From the IMG/VR virus record IMGVR_UViG_3300037501_000018, positions 1 through 46,319 of that record: DNA of 46,319 nucleotides; one strand, 5' to 3'. The stretch is from a virus. Lineage: Duplodnaviria; Caudoviricetes. Of the stretch, positions 1-8,375 are shown one piece after another. The notes under the pieces are model-generated. The model was given only the letters and a program-made list of their open reading frames with translations, did no database searches and was not told where the DNA came from. Made by a program: the position numbers and the translations under genes. The stretch's first letter is position 1; each line of letters starts with the position of its first letter.

Positions 1-82
1 CGGCGAACCTCAGCCGCGGCGAACCTCAGCCGCGGCGAACCTCAGCCGCGGCGAACCTCAGCCGCGGCGAAGACCTCAGCCG
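1..82 (+). repeat. 16-bp tandem repeat array, left part, unit CAGCCGCGGCGAACCT
   Basis: Partial unit at 1-10, full units at 11-26, 27-42 and 43-58, variant CAGCCGCGGCGAAGACCT at 59-76, partial unit at 77-82. The core GCCGCGGC is a perfect palindrome. Confidence 0.98.
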
Positions 83-128
83 TCAAAGAATAGTAGCTAG
101 CTAGCGGTCCTACTTCCCCGTCAAGGCG

Positions 129-167
129 AAAGCCACGGTGTAATTTTACACCGTGGCTTTTCTTTTG
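129..167 (+). terminator. Intrinsic terminator with perfect 15-bp arms
   Basis: AAAGCCACGGTGTAA (129-143) and TTACACCGTGGCTTT (146-160), followed by TCTTTT. Confidence 0.8.
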
Positions 168-450
168 TCCTCATATCGTATGTGCTACCACGTGATAATA
201 GCGTGGAGCCATGCCGGTACCCTATCCTCTTAATCATCTTATATATGCTACTGCATATAACAGAATAAACCTTAAGCTGCAGCGGGTTTAGATACGGCTC
301 GATTCCATATCATACGACTATAGCTTACATCTACTTTTCAGTCGGTGAAGAGCATATGGTATTTACCGTTAAGGATAACTTCATATCCAAAACCTACCCA
401 GTTTTACACGGGAGTTTCTAGCGTCGCCAAGACCGCGGTCGAGCCGCAGC

Positions 451-487
451 GGTAATGTCACAGTACAGAGGTAATGTCACAGTACAG
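451..487 (+). repeat. Two exact copies of GGTAATGTCACAGTACAG (19-bp period), iteron/operator-like
   Basis: Copies at 451-468 and 470-487 in the long non-coding region. Palindrome GACCGCGGTC lies just upstream at 431-440. Confidence 0.9.
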
Positions 488-811
488 CTGTGTTAACTGT
501 TATGATATTTATACAAAGCATAAGATATTAAACCTACACTAACTATAAAGAGAATCAACCATACAACTGTGTACAAATCCCAAACCATGCTTTACTACCA
601 ACTTTCCCACCAACATGGACGAAGTAACCCTGACCCCCCACCCTATATATCCCAGGAAGATTTTTGATTTATGGTATCACCATTCGCTGTATTCCTCGTA
701 CAGCTTGTACGCCTGACCAACTTAACGTTGGTACGTACTTCAGCCACCCCTCTAACGGACTTGTACTAGGGTGATTAGCCCTTAGTTTGCTGCTTAACTA
801 TTCTGTTGTAA

Positions 812-842
812 AGTAAAATGGAGAGCTTATCGCTCTCCATTT
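812..842 (-). terminator. Intrinsic terminator for the minus-strand genes at 843-1438
   Basis: AAATGGAGAGC (816-826) and GCTCTCCATTT (832-842), with a T-rich run on the minus strand, directly after the stop at 843. Confidence 0.75.
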
Positions 843-1223
843 CTAGCTGATGATTGGAACCATGTGGATTGATTCTACGCTATCTATTGGAAAATAGTGC
901 CAGCTATCTTCTCCATCGACGATTTCGTGTATTATACAGAAATCGCTGTCCACTCTACATTTACTTGGATATCCTATGTATTTATACCATTCCTTACCTT
1001 CGATGCAAAGGATGTTGACTGTAATGGTGTATCTTAGCTGATAGGACATTTCTATCTCCGCTTTACTGTTACTGATGTACGTTTGATAGTAGGGCCAAGT
1101 AACGCATATATTAGCAGGTAGATTATAATTGTAATCAGTAGTGACAGTATTACCAATAGTGGTGTTACTATTAAGTGAATTAGAAACAGTTAGACTACCA
1201 TCGGTGATACATGATTTTTTCAT
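843..1223 (-). CDS. Hypothetical protein
   Basis: 126-aa ORF with a 4-bp overlap with the upstream gene, followed by a terminator. Confidence 0.6.
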   Translation of the reverse strand: MKKSCITDGSLTVSNSLNSNTTIGNTVTTDYNYNLPANICVTWPYYQTYISNSKAEIEMSYQLRYTITVNILCIEGKEWYKYIGYPSKCRVDSDFCIIHEIVDGEDSWHYFPIDSVESIHMVPIIS

Positions 1224-1438
1224 TTCGCATTCAACTCAAGCTCGTAATCATGTAAATCACGTTCTAGTCGATAGATTTCTTCTTGAGCACTTTCGATGCG
1301 GCTGATAAGGTAACGTACGTCCGCATCTGAGAAGATTTTCTTAAATGCCAAGTCTTGTTTCAAAGCATAAAGGGTTTCGGGAGAGATTATTTGATATCCA
1401 CCATTGTGCATAGGTTTCATCTTAGTAGCTATCTCCAT
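1220..1438 (-). CDS. Hypothetical protein with C-terminal coiled coil
   Basis: 72-aa ORF downstream of the promoter at 1602-1630. The true start may be the internal Met (MKPMH), which has a GGAG upstream. Confidence 0.65.
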   Translation of the reverse strand: MEIATKMKPMHNGGYQIISPETLYALKQDLAFKKIFSDADVRYLISRIESAQEEIYRLERDLHDYELELNAK

Positions 1439-1601
1439 AATGTCGTATAAACATATATAGAGTTAAGGCTTTAACTGGATGCCGTATCCACCACCTTACC
1501 TTACTGCTACAATGCATATCACGTTTACCTATCCGTTGAGTTCTATAACGTAACATACAATGCATTGGTGATATCTAGCCCCGTCCTCACTCGGCTTCCT
1601 C

Positions 1602-1630
1602 AGCTTACTCTACCTGCCCAGGTTTGTCAA
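1602..1630 (-). promoter_or_regulatory. Sigma70-type promoter TTGACA-N17-TAAGCT
   Basis: Plus-strand TGTCAA at 1625-1630 and AGCTTA at 1602-1607, exact 17-bp spacer. Confidence 0.75.
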
Positions 1631-1653
1631 GTACCAATTTTAATATGCATTCT

Positions 1654-1790
1654 AAAATGGCGAGTTGTGGGGAAAGATAGGAGAAAAGGTAGGTAATACC
1701 GTAAATCTTCACTTCCCCCACAACTCAAGCCTATATTTAGGGGGCAACTTTAAGCTAGGTTGTAGGCACTCCTTTCTGTCACCCCCGCTC
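1654..1790 (-). ncRNA. Candidate small structured RNA with two hairpins
   Basis: Stem 1740-1748/1778-1786 pairs fully (with two G-U) only on the minus strand. An 11-bp stem 1662-1672/1716-1726 is followed by CATTTT on minus. A minus-strand TTGACA lies at 1820-1825. Confidence 0.35.
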
Positions 1791-1793
1791 ATT

Positions 1794-1825
1794 TGAGCTA
1801 TAGCTCATTGTTTTGGGTTTGTCAA
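1794..1825 (-). promoter_or_regulatory. 14-bp perfect palindrome TGAGCTATAGCTCA over the -10 of a candidate leftward promoter (possible operator)
   Basis: Palindrome at 1794-1807. Minus-strand TTGACA (1820-1825), N17, then TATAGC. Confidence 0.45.
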
Positions 1826-1835
1826 GACTATTCTA

Positions 1836-1864
1836 TTGACAGGGGTTTGGAACGGGTGTAGGCT
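1836..1864 (+). promoter_or_regulatory. Sigma70-type promoter TTGACA-N17-TAGGCT heading the structural arm
   Basis: TTGACA at 1836-1841 and TAGGCT at 1859-1864, upstream of the first rightward gene. Confidence 0.75.
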
Positions 1865-1914
1865 CATATTCGGAGCCGTTGGACAACTCCATATCAGAAG
1901 GGAGTACGAATGTA

Positions 1915-2364
1915 ATGGCTACTATCACTTCTAATCGTGTAAAGCAAAGCTATGGTCCTAACTCACATGGACCGGGTATAGTCTCGATGTGGGAAGTTGA
2001 TATCACTTTTACTGCTGGTGATTCAGGCACAGTAACAGTACAGAGTGATATCCCTTTGTTCGGTGTTGTTCGTCGAATTGATGTAAAACCATATACCGCA
2101 CTAGCTCAGAATGCAACTATTAAAATTTACGAGTCTACTTCTCTGCTTACCACACCACATATGCCTCTCAGCTTGACGCAGGCTGCTTCCAACGCTGAGA
2201 AAGTCGTTCTTCCTGTTGTAGCTGCTACCGACAATACTGGTGCAGCCGTTTCCAGCCAATATGTTCCTTATTTTGTGCATGGTTATCTTACGATGGCTTT
2301 TGCGTCGTATGTTTCAACTAACAGAGTCGTTGTTCGAGTTTTCATAGAGACTGGTGGTGCATGA
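1915..2364 (+). CDS. Hypothetical beta-rich protein, probably virion structural
   Basis: ATG at 1915 follows GAAGGGAG and is preferred to the TTG at 1879. Thr/Ser/Val-rich beta-strand pattern. Confidence 0.65.
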   Translation: MATITSNRVKQSYGPNSHGPGIVSMWEVDITFTAGDSGTVTVQSDIPLFGVVRRIDVKPYTALAQNATIKIYESTSLLTTPHMPLSLTQAASNAEKVVLPVVAATDNTGAAVSSQYVPYFVHGYLTMAFASYVSTNRVVVRVFIETGGA

Positions 2365-2564
2365 TGGCTAAGAAGTCTGTTGTTCCTGTTGCTCCTAAGA
2401 AACCTGATACTACTGGTAAACCTGCCACTCCTGGTAAAAGTACTACGGTTAATCCCAACGCTAATCCGAATGCTCCGGGTCAGATTAAGAAATCTACTGG
2501 TGCTAAAAATGCAAGTGAGATAGCCAAGACAAAAGCAAAGAAACAAAAGAAGAAGGGTAAGTAA
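2361..2564 (+). CDS. Small Lys/Pro-rich basic protein (possible DNA-condensing protein)
   Basis: 67 aa, highly basic, ATGA overlap with the previous gene. Confidence 0.65.
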   Translation: MMAKKSVVPVAPKKPDTTGKPATPGKSTTVNPNANPNAPGQIKKSTGAKNASEIAKTKAKKQKKKGK

Positions 2565-2565
2565 T

Positions 2566-2733
2566 ATGCCTGAGAAAAAGAAACAGGATACTGTACCTGA
2601 AAAACTACCAAAGGATAAAACGGTAGTCAATCATCGATATCTGGGCGATGATATCGCAGATACTGATAAATTGGTTCATGATGGACAAATGTATCACATC
2701 GAGCAGAGAAAAAAAACAGTAAAGACCGAATGA
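2566..2733 (+). CDS. Small hypothetical protein (55 aa, not in the ORF track)
   Basis: MPEKKKQDTVPEKLPKDK...KKTVKTE. ATG follows GAAGGG and fills the gap in the operon. Confidence 0.6.
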   Translation: MPEKKKQDTVPEKLPKDKTVVNHRYLGDDIADTDKLVHDGQMYHIEQRKKTVKTE

Positions 2734-2758
2734 GACTCTGATAAACATTGGGGAGAGC

Positions 2759-3106
2759 ATGGGTAAACAAGCGTACAAGCTAGACCTTACCGACTATACC
2801 ATACCTATTGATGTTGGAGGTGAAGAACCGGAGCTTATTTCATATAATATTCGGAAGGCGATAGTTGGGCTGTTGACACATACAGAGCTTAGGCTTAATG
2901 GCTTGCAGTTGGTAGAAAGATATCAACTTATACAGCGTATAAAGGATGAGTCAGTATCGACACTATTGCTCAATGAACAAGAGTATGGATGGCTCCGGTT
3001 CTCAACAGAGGTAGTTCATGGGTTTGGTGAATACGATTACGAAATGCTGACTAGAGTTTTCAATGCCGAGAGGGTTGAAGTTGAGACAAATGGAGAGCAG
3101 CAATGA
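2759..3106 (+). CDS. Hypothetical protein
   Basis: 115 aa, GGGGAG RBS, coupled to the lysin gene. Confidence 0.75.
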   Translation: MGKQAYKLDLTDYTIPIDVGGEEPELISYNIRKAIVGLLTHTELRLNGLQLVERYQLIQRIKDESVSTLLLNEQEYGWLRFSTEVVHGFGEYDYEMLTRVFNAERVEVETNGEQQ

Positions 3107-3870
3107 GTAAGGCAGATTTGGTATATTTCTACGCACATTGTATGCTTGGCCTGAAGAATGATATCAATCATGGGCAGCGTTATGTTTTGGGTAATGAGCC
3201 ATTCGACGGTATTGATATTATCGAAGAACCATCGAGTGACCCATTGGCAGGTGACTGCTCTGGTTTGATGATATCTCTTTGGCGTAGGGCTAATGTCCTT
3301 CTTGATGGTAAGACCTACAATCTGTATTTTGGTACGTATCGTCCCATCGCAAATAGCATGTATCGAAAAGCCACGAAGATAGCTCAACCCTCTAAGTTTG
3401 GAGATATGTTTTTCTTGCTGCGCGATGATGGTAGAGCAAAACATGTCGGTATGTATATTGGTACTGATAAAAATGGTGTTGGATGGACTATCGAATTTGG
3501 TGATGGCACCGGCAAAGTTGGACGACATACGGTGGAATGGCAGAATCAACGTCGGGCGGTTTGGGGCAGGATTCCTAATGATATGGGGGAACGTACTCCT
3601 GTAGCTAATCATAATATTCCTGATGTTGATTGGCCGTCTATAAAGTTATTTTCACGCAACACCCAAGTACGAGAGCTTAAGGCTCTTCTAAACATCACAC
3701 AGGGTTCTACGCTTGATATCTATAACAACTACTATGGGTATTCGGTGTATCGGGAGGTAAAGAGATTTAAAGCGAATCACGTTGGTCCTAATGGTGAGAA
3801 GTTTGTAGGTAACAGCATAGTAGGTCCAATGATGCGCTGGGCATTGGCTAAAGCGATAGCGGCTAGGTAG
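3103..3870 (+). CDS. NlpC/P60-family peptidoglycan endopeptidase (endolysin) with a C-terminal PG-binding-like domain
   Basis: GDCSGL catalytic Cys, GDMFF and HVGMYIG motifs. The C-terminus VRELKALLN...VKRFK...IVGPMMRWAL resembles PG_binding_1. Confidence 0.85.
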   Translation: MSKADLVYFYAHCMLGLKNDINHGQRYVLGNEPFDGIDIIEEPSSDPLAGDCSGLMISLWRRANVLLDGKTYNLYFGTYRPIANSMYRKATKIAQPSKFGDMFFLLRDDGRAKHVGMYIGTDKNGVGWTIEFGDGTGKVGRHTVEWQNQRRAVWGRIPNDMGERTPVANHNIPDVDWPSIKLFSRNTQVRELKALLNITQGSTLDIYNNYYGYSVYREVKRFKANHVGPNGEKFVGNSIVGPMMRWALAKAIAAR

Positions 3871-3904
3871 AAAGTGAATAATGAAGTGAGAAGGAGTAGA
3901 TAAT

Positions 3905-4372
3905 ATGGCTAGTGACCTCAGAATTACGTCTGCATGTGGTAAGAGTGCTATGAATAACCTGTTTGGTACTACAACTACATATGCAGGTACTCAATCTAAC
4001 TCGGGTATCCTACGTATTTATGCTGATGCAGGGACACCAGACATTCCCTCTGGCGAACCAAGTGCAGGATGGTCGCATGGTACGTTGTTGGCTGAGTTGA
4101 CCATGAACGCATCGAGTTTTGGCGATGCAGCCGACTCTACATCATATGTTCGTATTACAGCAGGTGCGATAACATCAGACACCAGCGCAAACAACTCTGG
4201 TAACGCTGTGTATTTTGTGTTGTATAACTCTGCTGGGACTACTGCTCTAATGTCCGGGACCGTTGGTACTTCTGATGCTGACGCTATTATCGATAACGTG
4301 GCGATTGCTTCTGGTGCAACGGTTTCTTGTTCTTCTATGTATGTTCAGATTCCGAAGGGATGGACTACCTAA
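3905..4372 (+). CDS. Virion structural protein, small fibre-type subunit
   Basis: LRIY...LLAELT...AITSDTSA...GTVGTSDAD pattern recognised from phage structural proteins. Strong AAGGAG RBS. Confidence 0.7.
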   Translation: MASDLRITSACGKSAMNNLFGTTTTYAGTQSNSGILRIYADAGTPDIPSGEPSAGWSHGTLLAELTMNASSFGDAADSTSYVRITAGAITSDTSANNSGNAVYFVLYNSAGTTALMSGTVGTSDADAIIDNVAIASGATVSCSSMYVQIPKGWTT

Positions 4373-4584
4373 TGGCTACATATGAGACTGGTAAGAAGAT
4401 AGTATGCCCGATGGGGCCACGGCACGAAACGATTATGGAAGAACTACCCGAAGGATATGCTACTAAACGATGGCCTGAAGCTGTTGCTGATGGTTCACGT
4501 CTAGAAGAACCGTATCTTCGTTGTCCGGTATGTACTGCCACATTTCCGAAAAGAGGTATTGAAGAGTATCTGGCAGATAAATAA
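4372..4584 (+). CDS. Small zinc-ribbon protein
   Basis: ATG overlaps the previous TAA. CPMGPRH...CPVC ligand set. Confidence 0.6.
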   Translation: MATYETGKKIVCPMGPRHETIMEELPEGYATKRWPEAVADGSRLEEPYLRCPVCTATFPKRGIEEYLADK

Positions 4585-4606
4585 CTAACATTGATAAGGT
4601 GAGAGT

Positions 4607-5335
4607 GTGAGTGCTTATTCTGACTATGTTTTGAATAAATCACCTTTGGGTTATTGGAGACTTGGAGAATCAAGTGGATATCCCCAAGATTCATCTGGTA
4701 ATGGATACCACATGACCATTGGTGATGCCACCTATAGTCAAACAGGGGCTATCTACGGCGATTCAAATACGTGTATGTACTTTAATGGGACCAATGCTCA
4801 TTATTGGTCTCGTGGAAGTACAGACGACAATGCTTTTGATTTTGGTCCGACTACCAATTTTACTATCGTTTTGTGGTGTAAGTTTACATCTGCTTTGGGA
4901 ATTACGGAAACGTTGTTTTCTAAAAGAGATACAACGTCTGACCCGTACCCATTTTGGATTAGACAAACATCAAGTGGTCAAGTTGGTATGTGGCGCTGGG
5001 ATGGAACGACGAATCCAGGGATATCAACTAGTGCAATTAATGATGGTTACTGGCATATGCTCGCATTTGGACATACAGACAATGATTATATTTTTTATAG
5101 TTTGGACGGACAGGCTAAGACAACTGCAACAGATAGTACTACAAACTCTACTGCAAATTCTAAGACAATCATTATTGGGCGCGGCTCAGCTACATCTTGG
5201 TTTTACAACGGGTATCTAGACGAAATATCAGTATTTACTACTGCTTTGGCTGATTCCGAGTTGTCGCAATTGTATGCTTTGGGTAAGGGAATGATGGCTT
5301 CTCGATTTATGCATCATTCGATGCAGAGGAGATAG
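4607..5335 (+). CDS. LamG/concanavalin A-like lectin domain protein
   Basis: PLGYWRLGE..DSSGNG, FTIVLWCK, NDGYWHML and YNGYLDEISVFTTAL motifs are typical of Laminin_G_3. Confidence 0.88.
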   Translation: MSAYSDYVLNKSPLGYWRLGESSGYPQDSSGNGYHMTIGDATYSQTGAIYGDSNTCMYFNGTNAHYWSRGSTDDNAFDFGPTTNFTIVLWCKFTSALGITETLFSKRDTTSDPYPFWIRQTSSGQVGMWRWDGTTNPGISTSAINDGYWHMLAFGHTDNDYIFYSLDGQAKTTATDSTTNSTANSKTIIIGRGSATSWFYNGYLDEISVFTTALADSELSQLYALGKGMMASRFMHHSMQRR

Positions 5336-6315
5336 TGATGAGATGCCTCAGACAAAGTACGGCTGTAACGATTCCTATTGGACCGTTTGTTGATAGTATT
5401 GATGGTGATACTGAAGAAACTGCTCTAAGTATAACTTATAGCGACGTTAAGCTTAGTAAGAACGGTGGGTCATTTGCCGCTGCTAACTCTAGTGCAACTT
5501 GTACCTATACTGGTGGCGATGAGGGGCACTATCTCCTTTCTCTAACCACATCAGATACAGGGACATTGGGCACGCTAAGGGTAGCTATTCATAAATCAGG
5601 AGCATTGTCGGTATGGGATGATTTTATGGTCATGCCTGCTTCTGTATGGGATGCCTTGTTTGCCTCTTCTGGTGGATATATCAATGCTGATGTTCAACGT
5701 TGGTTGGGACAGACATGTGCGGCAGTATCTGTCAACGGTGTGCCGGAAGTGGACATTACATATATAGCGGGTTCTGCCGTTAGTACATCATCTGCTCAAC
5801 TTGGTGTTAACGTGGTTAACTGGAAGGGCAGTGCGGCAGCAGCAATGACTGGCGATGCTTACGCTGTTGTCAGCAATGTAACATATGGCAATAGTGCGCT
5901 TAAAGCATTGATTGATACAGTTGATGATTATATCGACACGGAAGTAAGTGCTATCAAAGCCAAAACAGATTATTTGCCGTCTGCAACAGCAGGTTCTGCA
6001 GGTGGTTTGTTCATAGCTGGTACCAATGCGAATACTACGGTGAACTTTACTGGTAACTTGTCTGGTTCTGTAGGTTCGATGGGAACAACTGGCATGGAAG
6101 CTATGGCAGATGCGTTCCTTAATCGCAACCTTGGTAGTGGCACGGACTCTGGTGGACGCACGGTAAGAAATGCTTTGCGGCCTATGGTTAATAAGTGGGT
6201 TATTTCTGGTTCAACTCTCTATGTCTATAAAGAGAATGATAGTACGGAAGCTTGGTCAGCTACCTTGACAACTAGTAGTTCAGCACAGGCTGTTGTTACG
6301 GTAGACCCAGCTTAA
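5335..6315 (+). CDS. Virion structural protein (N-terminal Ig-like beta domain, short coiled coil)
   Basis: 326 aa, Ser/Thr/Ala/Gly-rich, lies within the fibre module. Confidence 0.65.
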   Translation: MMRCLRQSTAVTIPIGPFVDSIDGDTEETALSITYSDVKLSKNGGSFAAANSSATCTYTGGDEGHYLLSLTTSDTGTLGTLRVAIHKSGALSVWDDFMVMPASVWDALFASSGGYINADVQRWLGQTCAAVSVNGVPEVDITYIAGSAVSTSSAQLGVNVVNWKGSAAAAMTGDAYAVVSNVTYGNSALKALIDTVDDYIDTEVSAIKAKTDYLPSATAGSAGGLFIAGTNANTTVNFTGNLSGSVGSMGTTGMEAMADAFLNRNLGSGTDSGGRTVRNALRPMVNKWVISGSTLYVYKENDSTEAWSATLTTSSSAQAVVTVDPA

Positions 6316-6326
6316 ATTAAGATATT

Positions 6327-8375
6327 ATGACAGATAGCACCAAATTTGTATCTAATTATACTTCATCCGAGATGTTAATGACGAATCCCGGAAACGTGTA
6401 TGCCGACGATACAAGTTATGCTACCTATACTTCCACCAGCCGCAACCTGAACCAAGTAGTCGGCTACTGGACTGATTTAAACTTTTCTATACCTGACGGT
6501 TCTACTATCACGCAGGTTGTTGTTGTAGGTAACTGCCAAATTTCAGCATTGGTTACTGGTGTTGGCTACGGTGTACAATTATACAAGAATGGCACTACCG
6601 CAGTAGGCACAGAAGCTACTGTAGCCTTTTCTGCTATCAACACCGACACTACATGTACACAGACAATTACTAGTAGTTTACCATCAGTATCTGAGTTGAA
6701 TGCCACTGGTGATTCCGGCTTGCGCGTTAGAGTACGATGTTACAATGGTAACTCTCCTACATCGCGTACTTGGTCACTAGATTATCTTAAGGTTACAGTT
6801 ACTTATACTGTACAAAGCCGAGAGATAACTAGCTTGGCGGCTGTTCTTGGTGGTATAGCATTTAATGCTTTGTTGTCGGTATCTAGAACGATAACGAGCA
6901 TAGCAGGAGTATTAGGTAGCTTACAGGCATCAGCCACTTTAAATAAGGGTCACATTTTTTCGATAGGTGGCTCTTTAGGGTCACTTCAATGTTCAGCTTC
7001 GTTAAGTAATGTTGCTTCTGCTGTTGGCGGATTTGTTGGACCGCTGGGTTGGAGATTTGTTTTCTTCCAGGCAACGGCAAGCAGAGAGATTACTTCGATA
7101 CAAGCTACGCTTGGTGCGTTGCAAGCATCTGCTAATTTTGTGCAGACATTCAATGTAGCAGTGGTAGCTACTCTTGAGAAACCACAAGCGGCTGCTAATC
7201 TTAAGCAGACGCTGAATATGGCAATATATGGAACACTTGGCAATCCACAAGTCGGTGCAAGTCTAAAACAGACCTTTAATCTATCCATTACTGGTACGCT
7301 AAGCAAGCCACAAGCGTATGCTGCCCTTAAGCAGACGTTTAACATATCTGTCATTGGAACGCTAGGTAAACCGCAAGTAGCTGCGGCTATAACGCAGATA
7401 TTTGATGTAGTTGTAACAGCAACACTCGGTAGTATTGCTTCGTATGCTACGTTAACTCAAGCATTTAATACGAGTGTAATAGCTACGCTTGCTAAGATTC
7501 AATCGTATGCCCTGCTGAAGCAGACATTTAATTTGAATGTAGTCGGCACACTTGGGGCGCTACAATCGTCTGCAATGGTGCAAACTACTCGTGTTCTTAC
7601 GATATCTTGTAGTCTTAACAAGATATCGATGGCTGCATCTATGGGTAACGTAAGTCAGTTTTACGTTGAAGGTAATCTTGGCGCTCTAAATGCTTATGTC
7701 AGTCTAAGTGTAGAGCAGTCCAGGATATTCAGCGTTCAGGGTACACTAGCGTCCTTGAATACTAGTGCTGCATTAACAAATGTACCGCCACCAAGGTCCC
7801 TGACAGTTATAGGTACATTAAGTAATTTGCAATTCAACGCAGCTATATCCGTAACGAGAACGCTCTTTGTTACATGTACATTAAGTAAGCCACAATTAAG
7901 TGCAGCCATTGGTGTAACCAGAACAATCGTTCCCGCATGTACTCTTGGCTACATAGTTGTTAATGTTATATTGACAAATGTACCGCCATCGAGGTCAATA
8001 TATAGTCAATGTACATTGGGCGTGATAGTTGCTCATGCTACACTAACTAATGTACCGCCAGCTAGAAGTGTATCTGTTGTAGCAACTTTGGGCAGTCTTG
8101 TATTCAATGCAGATGTTCAGAATAAGCCTAATAATTATCTTTCTATTGCCGCCACACTTGGAGAGCTTGAGATTAGGATATCGATGGTTAAAATACCATT
8201 CGATATCATGTCTAACGTGGGGCCAGTAGTGTATATAACTAGTGTTGGTAGAGCAGTAATCGTTACTCATGTTGGGAAAGCAAAGGTTATTACAACAGAT
8301 GTTGGTAAAGCGAAGGTTGTAACCCATGTTGGTGAAGCAAAGGTTAGTACGCCTATAGGTAGGAGTATGAAATGA
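6327..8375 (+). CDS. Repeat-rich structural protein: N-terminal beta sandwich plus about 20 repeats of 21-24 aa
   Basis: Repeats such as VATLEKPQAAANLKQTLNMAI, YGTLGNPQVGASLKQTFNLSI and TGTLSKPQAYAALKQTFNISV. C-terminal 9-10 aa VGxAKV repeats. Confidence 0.8.
   Translation: MTDSTKFVSNYTSSEMLMTNPGNVYADDTSYATYTSTSRNLNQVVGYWTDLNFSIPDGSTITQVVVVGNCQISALVTGVGYGVQLYKNGTTAVGTEATVAFSAINTDTTCTQTITSSLPSVSELNATGDSGLRVRVRCYNGNSPTSRTWSLDYLKVTVTYTVQSREITSLAAVLGGIAFNALLSVSRTITSIAGVLGSLQASATLNKGHIFSIGGSLGSLQCSASLSNVASAVGGFVGPLGWRFVFFQATASREITSIQATLGALQASANFVQTFNVAVVATLEKPQAAANLKQTLNMAIYGTLGNPQVGASLKQTFNLSITGTLSKPQAYAALKQTFNISVIGTLGKPQVAAAITQIFDVVVTATLGSIASYATLTQAFNTSVIATLAKIQSYALLKQTFNLNVVGTLGALQSSAMVQTTRVLTISCSLNKISMAASMGNVSQFYVEGNLGALNAYVSLSVEQSRIFSVQGTLASLNTSAALTNVPPPRSLTVIGTLSNLQFNAAISVTRTLFVTCTLSKPQLSAAIGVTRTIVPACTLGYIVVNVILTNVPPSRSIYSQCTLGVIVAHATLTNVPPARSVSVVATLGSLVFNADVQNKPNNYLSIAATLGELEIRISMVKIPFDIMSNVGPVVYITSVGRAVIVTHVGKAKVITTDVGKAKVVTHVGEAKVSTPIGRSMK

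Noticed and set aside
1-82. Terminal repeats as a CRISPR array
   Set aside because: Units are 16 bp and directly abutting with no unique spacers. There is no cas operon.
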